DNA of 61,654 nt, counting the filler, from Sphacelaria rigidula (taxonomy: Eukaryota): NCBI GenBank assembly GCA_964200075.2. It is 10 parts of 10 records of this genome, joined end to end, with 100 filler letters (N's around TTAATTAATTAA, not from the genome) between each part and the next. Parts side by side here need not be neighbours in the genome. Positions count along the whole stretch, not along the records: positions 49,405 to 55,479 come from CAXNAA020022406.1; positions 55,580 to 61,654 come from CAXNAA020022407.1; 8 more parts are not named here. One strand, given 5' to 3'. Positions 49,405-61,654 of the stretch are shown piece after piece (the first letter of the stretch is position 1; each line of letters starts with the position of its first letter). The position numbers were made by a program, and so were the translations under genes. A model generated the notes under the pieces. The model was not told the origin of the DNA and ran no database searches. It worked only from the letters and a program-made list of their open reading frames with translations.

Positions 49405-51330
49405 GTACGGTAGCTCCCTTGCAGGATGGGATGATCAGTGGTATGGCGAGAGCACGGAAGGACGAGATCGTGTACAGTATCTCTACTACAGTATCTGTAT
49501 GACAAACAAAAGAGCTGTCACTCCGTGTACCCAGAGAGGCACAGAAAAACCAAAGTAGGGAGTGTGGCGTGTATCGGAACAGACAACATCATGGCGATTA
49601 TACTATGTGCTTCTCTTTGTTCAGTGTTGCGCCGAAAGAAAAAAAATATCTCGACTACCTGAAAACCCGCATACAAGAGTTATAGTACAAGACTTCAGGT
49701 GGAACCAGCCGCAAAGTAGGTGTACTTCACACAGCCGTGGAGCTCCACACCAAGGAGTGCAGGTCCGACACGCGACACCACTGCGAAGCTGTGAACAAGG
49801 CAGGAGCGTTGGTGCTGGTTTATGACTGAAAAGATTACGTTTAAATGACAAATTACCGCGTTGGGTGGTAAGAACACTGTTGCTGTGCACCCTAACCTGG
49901 GGAGGGAAGGTTAGTTCGATGTGTGGCGACCACGCAGGTCCAACCGGGTCTGCAGCACGTAGATAGTGTTGTGCATCATGTATAGAGTCCACGGTGAAAC
50001 GAATCACGTGAAATGGTTCAGTGCACAAAGTTGGCGACACGATTATCCGCAGGCACCCCTCGTGGTGAGGTTGCACCGTGTGAAGTTTGATAGTTGCAGC
50101 AGTTTCTTCATAAATTCCAGTATAAACACTGCCATGCATCGCCGCTCACTTTTGCATTTACTATACTGTATTTGATGTACATGAATTTCTTGTGCTGTGT
50201 TTGAAGTAGAGTACAGTACAGCAGGTGTTGTGCTGCAGTTACTGCACCGCAAAATACTGTGAGTGTAAGTATACAACAACGGGTTATGTCGCGTGCTGCT
50301 GGCTATAATGCTGTACACTGTTCTGGACATGGAAACGTTCAGGTCATGCTCATTGACCCGCAGGAAAAGGGACCACGCACCCCGGCCACTGCAAGTGTAG
50401 GAAAAGCACTGTATTGGGGTCGAATACCCTGTTCGTGGAGATTTAATTGTATATATCTATCTGTTTAATATTCAACGGGGGTGCCCCGCCCCCTTCCTCG
50501 CGGAGCACGCCATTAACGAACGATGGTTCAGGCCCTATGTTATCGTCACGCTGTTATTCTCAGGTACAAACACGTCGCCTCTATTACCCCCAATGAATGA
50601 CTTCGTTCCTGTGTCGTGAATGTGTGAGTTATGGCGGATACCAAACACGGTGACTGCCCATGTGTGTAAGCAGCTGAGCTGCAGAGATAGATCGGCAGCA
50701 CATGGGTGATGGTGATCGCGGCCTCGATCGCGTAATCATGTCTGCCTTCCTCATTGCTGCGTGTTTGTCGCAGCCATGGAATCATGAACACGCGCCGCGG
50801 GGATACCACGGCGATAGACCACCTCTCTGACGAAAAACAACCACTCACACCAGTCCATGGCGGACGTGAAGTTCAACAATCGCGGTTGGAGTACCACGTC
50901 TGAAGACGCGCAGACACCCACGAAGGCCAACGTTGTCGTCAACTCATCGGCACATGCGCGTATCGACCCCACGGGGAGGATCGATCGTCTTCTGTTCGGG
51001 TGTAACCCATCGGCGGCGGAGAAACACCAGTGCAACGGCAACTGCAAATGCGCAAAGCTTGGAAAGAATTGCCATCCCATACTGTGTGGGTGCAGGGGGC
51101 GGTGCGATCCTGCTGTCGACGCGCAAAGCGTACCGGTTGGCAAAGGGTTGCAGTTGGTGATGGCGAATGAGGTGGATCCCGGGGGTGATGGCAGCGACGA
51201 ACCAGAGACGAGCTCGGATGACGACTGCGAGTGGCGTAGCAGCACATCATCGGAGGAATCACGTGGTTCGCACGGAGACACGGCCGAGGACATACTGGAA
51301 TGGTACTTGGACCGGATGAACGATGTGTGA
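49405..51330 (+). pseudogene. Probable Academ (AcademX-type) transposase C-terminal remnant with Cys-rich finger
   Basis: ORF 50857-51330 has ..NNRGW..GCNPS..CNGNCKCAKLGKNCHPILCGCRGRC. Upstream traces: VACIGTDNIMAIIL (XPG-like V.S.DTD) and PCV*AAELQR*..TWV. Confidence 0.5.
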
Positions 51331-54300
51331 GAGAGTGGTCAACGCACAGGTATGATACCAAGACCTTCGGCGAAGGAGGTTCGCGTCGATAGTCATGCGC
51401 CCCGGTCCCCCCTCGTTTTTTGTGATGCGCAGGCCCGTCCATCGCCCGCAATCCCGGAGATTTCTTCTTCTGTTTGATATTATGTTGGATGGATGGGGCT
51501 GCGGTGGGTTGCAGCAATTGAATTGTTGCAATCTGTCAAATGTTGCAATCTGTGAGTTTGTAACATGAGGGGAGCACAATGTGGCTGCCGTAGATGGTAT
51601 TGGAATGTGGCTGTCGATGAGTGAGTTTTGGGAAAGCATACCTCGTGGGAGTTGCGCGAGCATGCAACCGCCGATTGATGTCGATCAGTCATGCTGCGCG
51701 GCGACGCCGCCCCTTTTCGAGTGCTATCGTGAGGAACGCCCCCCTCCCCCTCCGTCGGGCTGAAAAGCAACACGACTGTGGCTCGCTGACCCTCTCCGCG
51801 TCTATTCATTCGCGTGCGCGCTACATTTCGCCTCAGGTGCACGAAAAGCGGCGAAACCAGACTCTGAGACTGCCACGGGTTGTATCGCGGGTGGACGGAG
51901 ACCATGTACACTGCAGGATGTACTGTGGTCTCATGGAAGGACCGGTTGTCGTTCACATTATGCGCTCGACATTCCAGATGTGCCCGCCGCGCGTGGAGGG
52001 GTCAACGGTCGTGATGTCGTATCGGCCTTGCCATAGAAAGTGGTACGACTTGTTCCGTATCGACCGACGCCGGCGCATCGTGCCTTTTCATGTGGGCGCT
52101 CGGCATTTGATCGAACGGTTTTGCGGCCTGAACTTCCCGCCGCAGCGAAGGATACAGTGTCCATATCATGAGGGTATTGGGTGTTGAGGGCAAGTATTCT
52201 TTCTGCGGAGATGGCACGTTTTGAAATAGATACGGTCACTTGTGCGGGCTCCTCCTATATGTTACTCCCTCGAAATAGCAAAAACAACTGCGCTAGATTG
52301 CGAGAGTCATGCATTCTCCTTCACCAACAAAACGTATCGTTCACGTGACCTTCCGCGATGTCATATCATGGGATTTTATGGGCTTCATTTCATCTTCGGT
52401 GTGATTTTCGGCGAAGTATGCGGTCAAGACCCCGCCCACGAGGGGACTGGTATCACTTGGGAAATTTACCGCCATTATTGCTTTCCGCGGCGTTGGTCTA
52501 TGCCTGTGTTTTACTTATTGCGGAACTGCAATATCCGAGAAATGTTATATTTTGTTCTTCTCAAAATGCGCCGACAGTGCTACCGTCCAGTCTCGCCACC
52601 AACGCCATTTATGATGCGTGAAATATTTGTGTGACTGGCTGTTGGCATTTCGCTGTCGATTTTCAGCCGACGGCAGGGTTGGGCGGATGTTTGCAGCTCG
52701 GAATAAAAAGCTTTATTCGTCGACACCATCGTGAAGGACCTTGATAACCCCCACAACACTTTGTTTGTGGCCGAACCCGCACTCTCCGTAATAGGGGCGG
52801 TTGCGTAACAAGAAAATTGCAGACCCGAGCACGTTCGCGTTTCGTGGACGCGACACTTTCGTTGGCGGCCGAAGTTGCAATTGCAATAACAAACGATACA
52901 GTTGTTGACCACAAATTCGTTTTTATTTGTTGGAAGCAAAGTCGATGTTTTTCAATGGAAACAACTTCGTATTTTTCTTGTGCTTCATTCATTTTATTCA
53001 GTTGGCCGCTCGTTGCTGACATGCATTCTATTCAGTCGGTCGCTTGTGGCTTACATTACAGTTTCGGGCGCGAATAGAGCCGTGACATAACCCTGGAACG
53101 GAAAATCGCAGGGGAACGGGATCAGCAAAGATTTACGATCGTTCCGACGGTCAACCTCTGTCGAAACCTCATCTGCGAGATAATTACTCATGGGAGGGCA
53201 AACAGGCGATTTCCATCGAGACACATTCTTACATGCGATTAGTGGCCAAACAGATATATTTACCGTGGTACAACAAAGACACACGAAAAGAAGGCGTTCG
53301 TTGAACCTGACCTTTGTCACGGCATCGACAGAATATCATGCGTGAAGACACACCCTCAGTGGGGTGCGGTATCGCATCTGCGCGATACCTCAGCTCACAG
53401 TGCTTCTCGCTGTACACACCATCAGGACGAGAAACAACCGGAGTGTCTTCCATCGCACCCTGCACCCGACGCGTTCGCGAACCCCGCAGTTGTTGCCATC
53501 ATACTGGGCGAGTGGCCGAAGGGGTGGAAATAATATGGCGGAATCTCACCGAATCTGTGATATGCGGTGTAATTACACCTCATGTATCTTTTCGAGCGTT
53601 CAGTACCGAATTTTCCACTTTTCAAGCGTTACTTTGTTCGTGGATTCCTCCACGGTGTCCCCACCAACCGGCTTCAAACTTGGCACGTAGATACAGCACA
53701 ATATAGACAGCATATAGGCTGTTCGGCGGCACGTGATGGGTAGTGCACACGGTGGACGGAGCGAACATGGATTGTGGGTCATGCCGTCCGTACACCCTCA
53801 AAACGGCATCTCTGCAGCCCAGACTGCGCGACACATCGCTGGATGCATGTTCTAACACGCGGGTGCGTTCATTTCCACGTTATGACCTACTACCCAGCTT
53901 CTGGCCCGTGAAACAAACATCGATCTGTGCTGGGACCCATTTCGGATGATGACATTCTGCGCGGTACAAATTCTGGTATTGTCTGTAGAGGTCCTCAATT
54001 CAGGAGGCACGGCCGTACACGCGCTGTCAGTACTTTTAGGCGCTGAAACTTCGTCCGCATGTCGTGTGGATTATAGGCAACAACCTCATGTTGCTACATC
54101 TGGGGTAGCGTTGTGAGTGCGTGCGTATCGGGGCGAAAATATGTCGGATTCTGTTCCGAATCAAGTTTTTTTTTTCTTTCGGGGCAACACTGCCACCATG
54201 GCGCACCACAGGGTACTGTAGTGCTGTAGGACTGTGCAGTGTAGACTACAGCCAGTGCAGTATAGAGAGTGCAATGCAGAACCTTGCAGCAGCACATCGC

Positions 54301-55579
54301 GGTACGGTGAACTGCAGCGATGACGCACAGTCAGCTGCACACGTGGACAGATAGCACCCTGTGGGGCGCACTGTGCAGGGTCCGTACAGGATCCTCCACA
54401 GTCTCTGTGAAAAAACGCTGACAGTGAAATGCGAAATCTGTACCCATCGCAACGTTTTGATAGGGTGTACCCCAGGGGTTGGATTTGCAGCCCTGTGTAG
54501 GCGCGTCGGCAAAGCCCTGCACATTCATGCGGTAGTTTTTTGTTGAAAAAACCTCAAGTTTTTCTTTCGAAAATTCCAAATATTTTGGTACAAAATCTGT
54601 AAATTTATAGATATTCAATACCTTGTCCTCCTGTCCGAGGTAAATTCCTCTTCACCCGATTTGAGTCGAGCGAAAAGGAATTTATTTTGGACAGCAGGTC
54701 AAGCTAGATCCAAAACAGATCGTTTTCTCGCCCGATTAATTTCGGCAAAGAAAAGGATTTATTCAGAACAGCAGAAGAAGCTGTTCAAGATCGATCCTTT
54801 TTTCGCCCATTTTCGAGATGGGCGAAAAAGGATCTATTTCAAACAGCTCCTTTTGCTGCGCAAATCCCATGCACACTGGCAGATTCGGAATTTGACCGGC
54901 AGATGAAGCCTTTAGATAAATATCTAGGTTTCCCTCCAATTCATCCAGAGATTGGGGGAAAATAAATTCATGGCGAGCAGCGTCAGCTGCTGGGCAAATC
55001 CCGCATACTGCATCGTCACCGGCGCATGGGATCCGACACGCAGAAAAAGCTGCTGAAAGGTATTCATCCTTTTGCCCCCCAGTCCATGTGTACATGACCT
55101 CAAGGATGAATAGCTCGCAACCGCTTTCGCTGAAGAGAGATCCCACACGTTGGATGTGTGTGTATGTCCACACCTGTGCTTTGTGTGAAGCCCCTGGGAA
55201 GGTGGGAAAATGCTGGATGGTTGGGTATACCTCGTCAATGTATTTACATTTTTCCCAAAACCCCGTCTTCTGTTGTCTATTAACACGAACCATGTTTAGA
55301 AAATATCACTTAATCAATCGTATATGAATAGTATATATATGGACCATCACTACGTGTATTTATCACCGCACACAAATCGAACATCACCAAAAGCACCCGC
55401 CCGCACAACAGTGCTATTATTCCGCCCAGCTATACCACCACAACCCCGCAGCAAAGAGCACGGGTTGGGCACAGGGATANNNNNNNNNNNNNNNNNNNNN
55501 NNNNNNNNNNNNNNNNNNNNNNNTTAATTAATTAANNNNNNNNNNNNNNNNNNNNNNNNNNNNNNNNNNNNNNNNNNNN

Positions 55580-56090
55580 GGAACTGAAACGATTCATTCA
55601 TTCACTGATTGACCGCTTTTCACTCTCAATCGTATCATCTACTCTCCATCTCACGAAAACATTGTTAGAAGTAGCCTGAGAGCAAAAAAAGCAGGCCCTC
55701 AGTTTTTTCGGCGGGGGGTGAGATCTATATTATGGTCGGGTTTTTTGTGAAAAAATGACCTTCACCACAGTATACTAAAACTTCTTTAACCCTTTTGGAA
55801 CCCATTGAGGATTATTGATCGTTGTGGATCAGCATCATTTTCAGTCATTTTCAAGTCAAGATGATGCTGATTCACAAATACAAAAGTCGTCAATGGGTTC
55901 CCAAAGGGTTAACTCATGAAAGAAAAAAAACGTCCCAATTGGTTCGTTATGCCTCAGCGAGGTCTCACACAAAATTTCAAAACACAAGAACCAAACCTGA
56001 GCCGGTAAAACAGTGCTTTCGTGAGATGGAGAGTCGAGGATACGATTGAGAGTGAAAAGCGGTCAATTAGTGAATGAATCGTTCCAGTTC
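55580..56090. mobile_element. Inverted-repeat element (~85-bp arms)
   Basis: ggaactgaaacgattcattca..ctcacgaaa at 55580-55660 vs its reverse complement at 56015-56090. Confidence 0.75.
55790..55908. mobile_element. 119-bp piggyBac-type MITE nested in the previous element
   Basis: TTAA|CCCTTTTGGAACCCATTGA ... TCAATGGGTTCCCAAAGGG|TTAA. Confidence 0.9.
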
Positions 56091-58039
56091 CGAAATGCTC
56101 CTCCACGAGGCCCAATATCCTTTCTGTAGTAGCTAGCCACTGAGGCCCTTGATATTCCTGAGTAGGATATCTACGTGTAATTGTAAGCACACGCAAGCGA
56201 TAGAGTCAAAGAGAAGCACACTCAGGATGAAAAAATGGCCAAGCTACAGCAAATGATCAGAACCACTCTCAGTGCGCGCTCTACTCTCAATCTCACGAAA
56301 ACATTGTCGTAAGTGGCCTGCAAACTACTGTTCCGAATTTCGACTGGCCCGGTTTCTCGATCGTCCCGCCTCCCCTCAAATTTGAGACTTGGACTTTCAA
56401 TCTTGGTGAGGAGAATGAAAAGGGCATGAGAAGAAAACGCATTTCGGGACCCTCAGTATTTGTTTTTCCTTCATGAGTTGTCGGCATTTTGCTGAAAACT
56501 GAATGTTTATTATCGCCTCTCTAACTAATGAAAAAAAATCAGGGTCCCGATAGACTTTACGCCCTTTTCGTTCCCAGTACCAACCTGCAATTCGCGTGTG
56601 GGCTGGACCAGCTCGTGAATTATGAATACTGTGGGGCACATTAGCCAGGATAATTGCGAACTACGGCTACTTTCTACTCCTCGATTCGGCTAGCGTCATC
56701 TTCCCAAGCCACATCCGGCAAACAAATGAACCGTTGCTTCTAACTTCGTAACATGTTTTGAGAGCATTATTTCAGCGTGTCGTCTCGGCGAATCGGCTTG
56801 GATATTTCCCGGCCCAAAAATAGAGCGTTGCTCCTGCCACATGGATCCGTGGCCACGAATATTCGCTGTGGCATCATGGATTACTTCCTATTCATGTTGA
56901 CTGATCTGACTAATTGACTGTCGCACAGTGGCTAAGTCGCAACGAATCCAATTGTGGCCAAGACAGGTGTGTGCTCAATGCAACGAAACGAAACATTCGC
57001 TACAATGAAATCATGAAGGGAGGGCGGGGGGGGGCGACGAAAAAGAAAACAGAGTGCACTGACATACACGGCAATCTGAGAAAAATAAATGTTCGGCCAG
57101 GCCTTCATACAGAAGGCCTGACGAAAAGCACGGCGAAAGTGCGATAGACATCAGGCAGCTAGTGACGGCCCAGAGGAGACCGTACAGGATGCCGTCAAAG
57201 CAATTTAGAACCTAGCGATCTCGAGACCTAAGCAAACAGGATAGCCTGCAGCAGACGCCAGACTCAAGACTTTGAACGATCCCACAAGAGTCCTCGACAG
57301 GCCCAAGCCCGGGCTTCAGATAAGAGACCGCAGAAGAAGCGAGGGCGTCAAAACAGGTTGCGACTCAGCTAGCTAGAAACATCCCGATGCTCCAGGCCCA
57401 CCATCGCACAAGAACAACCGCATATGCCCGAACAGTACACGCTCGATGTCGCCGTGCAGCACGACTGAAACAAACTCGGGATATCCGTTTTTACAACTGC
57501 AACTTCATTCCACGTTTTGAAGCTACAACCGTGGTTCCTGAGCCAGGTACCGCAATGTGCGTCATGAGTCAACGAGCAAGATACTGAAATCCCCGATTAC
57601 ACTAGTCGGCATAGTTTGAAGACCCTTGTCATGCTAATACGCCTTGTTTTCTCCGGTCACAGTGTTGGAATGCGGCTCCGGCGCAGGTCCAATAAGCTCG
57701 TCCCTGGTGCGGATCGCGATATCGAACGTCACAGCACCGAATACGCAGTAACACACGGCCAAAAGTGGGTAGAACTTGACGGTCAGGAGGGCGATCCAAC
57801 AGGATTAACCCTACCAGCGCCCAGGATGCCCGCGTTACACGTCCGTGTATGAGCTTTTGAGCAAGGTCGGAACAGTTGTTTCGCGTGGAAATACAAGGCC
57901 CACATAATTAAGAGGGGAGTTTGGCGTCGAAAGGTCGTGCCGTACCCATGTCTTGTAGTATCAGTGCATTTGGTTTTCCTATTTCTTCTTTTCTTCAGAG
58001 CGTGTTTCAGTTTCGTCTTTCTTGGGTACGTCTATCATG

Positions 58040-58099
58040 AGACCGCGGCTGGACCCCTGGGGGGTCAGGTGAAGTGCGACAATCAATCGATCAATCAAT
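58040..58099 (+). mobile_element. Non-LTR retroelement 3' tail with (CAAT)n end
   Basis: ggctggacccctggggggtcaggtgaagtgcgacaatcaatcgatcaatcaat; second copy at 61524-61599. Confidence 0.7.
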
Positions 58100-58164
58100 T
58101 GGTTACGACGGGTGGTCGCTACAAGCGGTGATTGCGCCACCAGCACATACTCGATGTCTTATAT

Positions 58165-58457
58165 CCTTCTTCTGTCGCGCTTCTAATATCTTCCCTTCCT
58201 CGGGATGAGTCCGTGGTCTCAAGAGATCAGCCCATCTCTCCCCCGGTACACGCCTCACATTTTGCCGATTGGATCAACACACCGGCACCGCGTCAACTGT
58301 CATCCATCAACCTCAGTCGAACGGGCTCTTTCCTTACTCGCATCCTCAAGAAGCAGGTACTCATGAGAAAAAAAAGCCAAACAAGACACATTTGGCGGGA
58401 ATCGAACCCGAGACCTTCGACTCCAATTGTGTCCGTCGAACCACTAGATCACCGGGC
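58165..58457 (-). mobile_element. tRNA-derived SINE
   Basis: A box TGATCTAGTGG (58451-58441) and B box GGTTCGATTCC (58408-58398), no cloverleaf; body shared with 59825-60097 and 36880-36954. Confidence 0.78.
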
Positions 58458-59155
58458 CGCGGCGGCATGTATATATATATATATATAATATTGACAAGTC
58501 ATACCCTGCGGGGGTATCGTTTGTTAGTGGCTTGCCATCAAGTGAGCGCCAGCTCAAAAATAGATGGTCATTATCGGCATGGCAACCGTCACTTGAAAGG
58601 TGCCACGACGAACCCTAGGCCTTCATATTTTGACAAAAAGATTATTGAAACAATGTGGCAAGGGCGACGTGCCCATATTCAACTGGCGTCTACATACGCC
58701 TACGTTGCTACAGATAATTTTCCACATAACGAGATCGTCAGCTCCTCATCTCGAAGCAGTTATACTCCGGCGCTGTAGAGGTCATGAGCGCGGACAATGA
58801 TACACTGCTGGAGCACGACACGCTAGAAGAACGAGTTCCAGCTATAGTCTCGAGTGCGGATGAAGCGAGGGGAGACAGGAGAATATGTGTTGTATGATAT
58901 ACATGTGTGTAGACATCGTCCTCGAAAGAGCAAGACATGAGCATCGCAGTATAAAGGGAGCACCTGCTTCAGGAAAGCACAGTAGGACACAATTCAGTGC
59001 GGTCGGGATAAACCGAGCACTGAGGGGCCGTGAATTGCTCCAGCAGTATCCATACGAGGTGAAAATGGCACGACTCGGAACTTGTCATGCGATGGAACGT
59101 CGACCAGTGGGGTGATCTAGTCAGCAAATAACCTACGAGTCGCACTTATGTGTAC

Positions 59156-59284
59156 CTGAAAATCAAGGACACCCGTCTTCCACGTGTGAATGTTCGCCCG
59201 TGCCATTTAATCGGTGCTCCATCGTGGGGCAGAATCGCATGCGCCCACTCGAACCTCGCTGGTCCGCGCAAAATGTAGAGCGAC
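59156..59284 (-). CDS. ALKBH7: ALKBH7-like dioxygenase, C-terminal exon
   Basis: acacag|(R)SLYILRGPARFEWAHAILPHDGAPIKWHGRTFTRGRRVSLIF-AG|gtacac; distal His and RxxxxxR motif; phase matches the upstream exon. It may instead read through to TAA at 59146. Confidence 0.92.
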
Positions 59285-59824
59285 CTGTGTAGAGTAGACC
59301 AAATTCCGATATTTTTATTCTTCACGCCGGGCGGATTCTTCTTCGCCAAAAATACTGTGGTTCTGCTTTTCCATCTTACTCGTCTTTCACTGAGTTGACA
59401 TTAGTCGGCGATAGCACCGAGATTCTAATTCAAAATGATAAGACTTTGGCATGACATGAAAGTAGAGTGCCCATTTCCCCCCCGTGATGGGCTCGCACTC
59501 CCAACAGACGTGTTGCAGACTGAACACCAAGATCCCATCTAATATTTGAATATTGAGAGGCTCTAGGGAAACAGCACCATCGTCTCATATACTATGCGAC
59601 AATATCCACATGAGCGGGTGCCATAGCCGTTTAATCTCTATTCTCTCCGCCACAATAGAGCAGCAAACCTCGGCGTAAGAGCATGCGCAGTAGGTAGCTG
59701 GGTGCAGCCTGCGCGAGCGTCATAACTGACGGAGGCCACTACAGGCTAGTCTCATGTGCATCAAAACGCGACCGTGAGGATTTTGCGCTCTTTTCTCGAG
59801 AGCAAAGCCCACTCTAAGTTATTT

Positions 59825-60097
59825 TTTGCCGCTCTTTCAATCTCTCCCCTGCCTCGAAACGAGCCCACGGTCTCAAAGGGTCAACCATCTCTCCCTCGAT
59901 CTGCAATTGGGTATCGCGGATTTGATCAACACTCTCGCATCGCGTCGACTCTCATCAGATAACTTCTCTTTGCTCGTCATGTGTTTACATTTTCAACGAC
60001 AGATACAACGAGGGAAAACCGACATTTACCTGCCGGGAATCGAATCCGCATTTGCCGAACTGATAACGTAAGTTATACCATCAGACCATCGGGGGGC
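59825..60097 (-). mobile_element. tRNA-derived SINE, diverged copy in the ALKBH7 intron
   Basis: Head cccgatggtctgatgg..gattcgattcc; body aligns to 58165-58457. Confidence 0.65.
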
Positions 60098-61033
60098 GGT
60101 AGCAGCATTGGCCACCTGTGTTTTCGTTCGTTTTGTTCTGTAAAAACCTATCTGGGTTTCAGAAAGGGCAACCCGCCTTCAGCCCCCCGCCCCGTCCCAA
60201 AGACACACATGCACACACACACACACACACACACACAGCGGTCATTATTCGTCGCCCTCCCGATTTTTCATGCATTTGTCTTCTTGAAGCTTCAGAACCT
60301 GATTCAGAATACGCGAATCAGAAGTCCGATATACGTTCAACCCCAAGGTCTTCGGAATTCCATCCCGATGTGTGTATACTTCTCAACCATGGGTTTTTGC
60401 TACAACCTTTGAACAGCGATGAGCTAGGAGTCGAAGCAAGTATTTCTGTTCTCCCGTTGGTGGGTGAACGTTTCGGGGAAGCCAAATACTTCCAAAGCAG
60501 CCGCCGGAAGGGCGCAATTGGTGTGCAAGCACAAATGCAAAATGTCAACGACGCCTGCATGACCGGTCAGAGCGCGCGGCGTAATCTGGTGAGGTTGCAC
60601 GATTGCAGGGAACCCTCTTTTCTGTACTACGTTTTGCTTGCGTCGGTGCTCGCCCCGGGAGATCCTTTACCGTCTTGTTTGCCGGGACCAGGTAGTATAT
60701 CACAGTCGGTAACAACTGGGCTGCCGTGACGTAAATCTATGAGGCATCTTATTCATCGTACTTCGGAGTTTGTACAGACATGGACCCGCACTTGCAATTT
60801 CATAGGCACGTACAGAACTGTCAGCGGTAGATGATTTTTCGAGTGAGGCCTCCGTCAAGCACAGCTATTGTTGCTGCTACCTTGCCGTAGTTGAGAAAAG
60901 AGCTTCAGAATACTAAGTAACAGTCGTCGTTGGTCGATTCTAACTTCCAATGGTGGCCCGATAGATTACACGCACTCCCTAAATGCTGAATCCGTAGCTC
61001 AGTGAAGGGGTGGGGGTGACCGCCCAATCGTAC

Positions 61034-61211
61034 CTTGGTGGTAATAGTAGGTCGGCCATGTCGTTATCCGAAGCTTTGGTGAGCTGCATGACCGCCGCCG
61101 ACATCAGACTGAGCCCCGCAACCAGCCCCCCTGAGAATTTGACGCTATCGACGTGCGGCCTGATGAAGCCTTTGGGCGACAGGTCTATGGCATGAACGGG
61201 TAGCCATGGTG
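61034..61211 (-). CDS. ALKBH7: ALKBH7-like dioxygenase, HxD-containing exon (gene 5'-partial)
   Basis: tcccag|xPWLPVHAIDLSPKGFIRPHVDSVKFSGGLVAGLSLMSAAVMQLTKASDNDMADLLLPP-AG|gtacga; the PHVDSxKFxG..AGLSL signature is typical of ALKBH7. Confidence 0.94.
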
Positions 61212-61444
61212 CTGGGATATCAAGGGTTCGGAAGATGAAAAGGGTTATTGGGGTTGTTCATGTGTCTACTGTGGGGGTAGTTGAGCAGAATTCTAACGCC
61301 AGAGGTGTCCGGTTAGAATCTGAATTCTAGGTGAGCGCCCCGGGTCCTTCGTGTTGGGTTTGCGCATATTCTAGATCGAATCATGTGATTATCGCAGTGT
61401 ATTGTCGCCCCACCTATTCTGGATGCCGGTATACACCTTTCGGT

Positions 61445-61654
61445 ATATGTGGGCGCACCAGCCGGGGTCACACAGGAGGAAGGTCACACAGGATTTGTTT
61501 GTTTGTTTGTTTGTTTTTAGTACAGACCACCACGGCTGGGTCCCTGGGGGGTCAGTTAAAGTGCGACAATCAATCGATCAATCAATCGATCAATCAATCA
61601 GTACCCCACCTTCCTTCTGCGGTGCTTGCCTTTATTTTTCATCGCGAGAGGGGT
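61445..61654 (+). repeat. Dispersed short repeat interrupted by a 76-bp (CAAT)n-tailed retroelement end (61524-61599)
   Basis: Homologous to the reverse complement of 32490-32645; the insert is flanked by AGTAC duplicates. Confidence 0.8.

Noticed and set aside
52660..53860. Possible Helitron Rep remnant (LLIPFPCDFPFQG)
   Set aside because: One weak motif only; no HUH or helicase motifs.
54763..55293. 176-aa minus ORF with faint hAT dimerisation-like words (FW..YP..SESGCE)
   Set aside because: Spacing is off and the ERxFS motif is missing; not supportable without an HMM search.
57115..57150. Hammerhead-like CTGACGA..GCAC..GTGC
   Set aside because: Core spacing is wrong, no GAAA after stem II, and no stems I/III.
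61158..61190. Hammerhead-like CTGATGA-AGCC..GGC-GACA
   Set aside because: GAAA core absent, and it is the antisense of ALKBH7 codons (LSPKGFIRP).

Overview
This is not one locus. It is ten unrelated contigs of 6075-6077 bp (1-6077, 6178-12253, 12354-18429, 18530-24604, 24705-30779, 30880-36954, 37055-43129, 43230-49304, 49405-55479, 55580-61654) joined by artificial 100-nt N44-TTAATTAATTAA-N44 linkers. The DNA is eukaryotic, repeat-rich and intron-rich; a stramenopile, probably a brown alga, is inferred but not proven. Host genes I can support: (i) a minus-strand spliced gene with five phase-consistent exons encoding an EGF-like module followed by a long Gly/Thr/Val beta-repeat region; (ii) two exons of an ALKBH7-like 2OG-Fe(II) dioxygenase; (iii) an intron-containing tRNA-Tyr(GTA). 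The rest is mostly transposon debris: three Ty3/gypsy remnants (two with chromo or chromo-like domains), one Ty1/copia, LINE and tRNA-SINE fragments, a probable Academ remnant, hAT fragments, and many MITEs with readable TIRs and TSDs (Tc1/mariner, PIF/Harbinger, hAT, Sola-like, piggyBac, Kolobok-like). The most unusual signals are the EGF/beta-repeat protein, a DIRS-like ICR/ITR junction, a G-run-delimited ~100-bp module family at many contig ends, and an ACGT-saturated hAT-like element. Most ORFs in the supplied track are spurious or antisense shadows.
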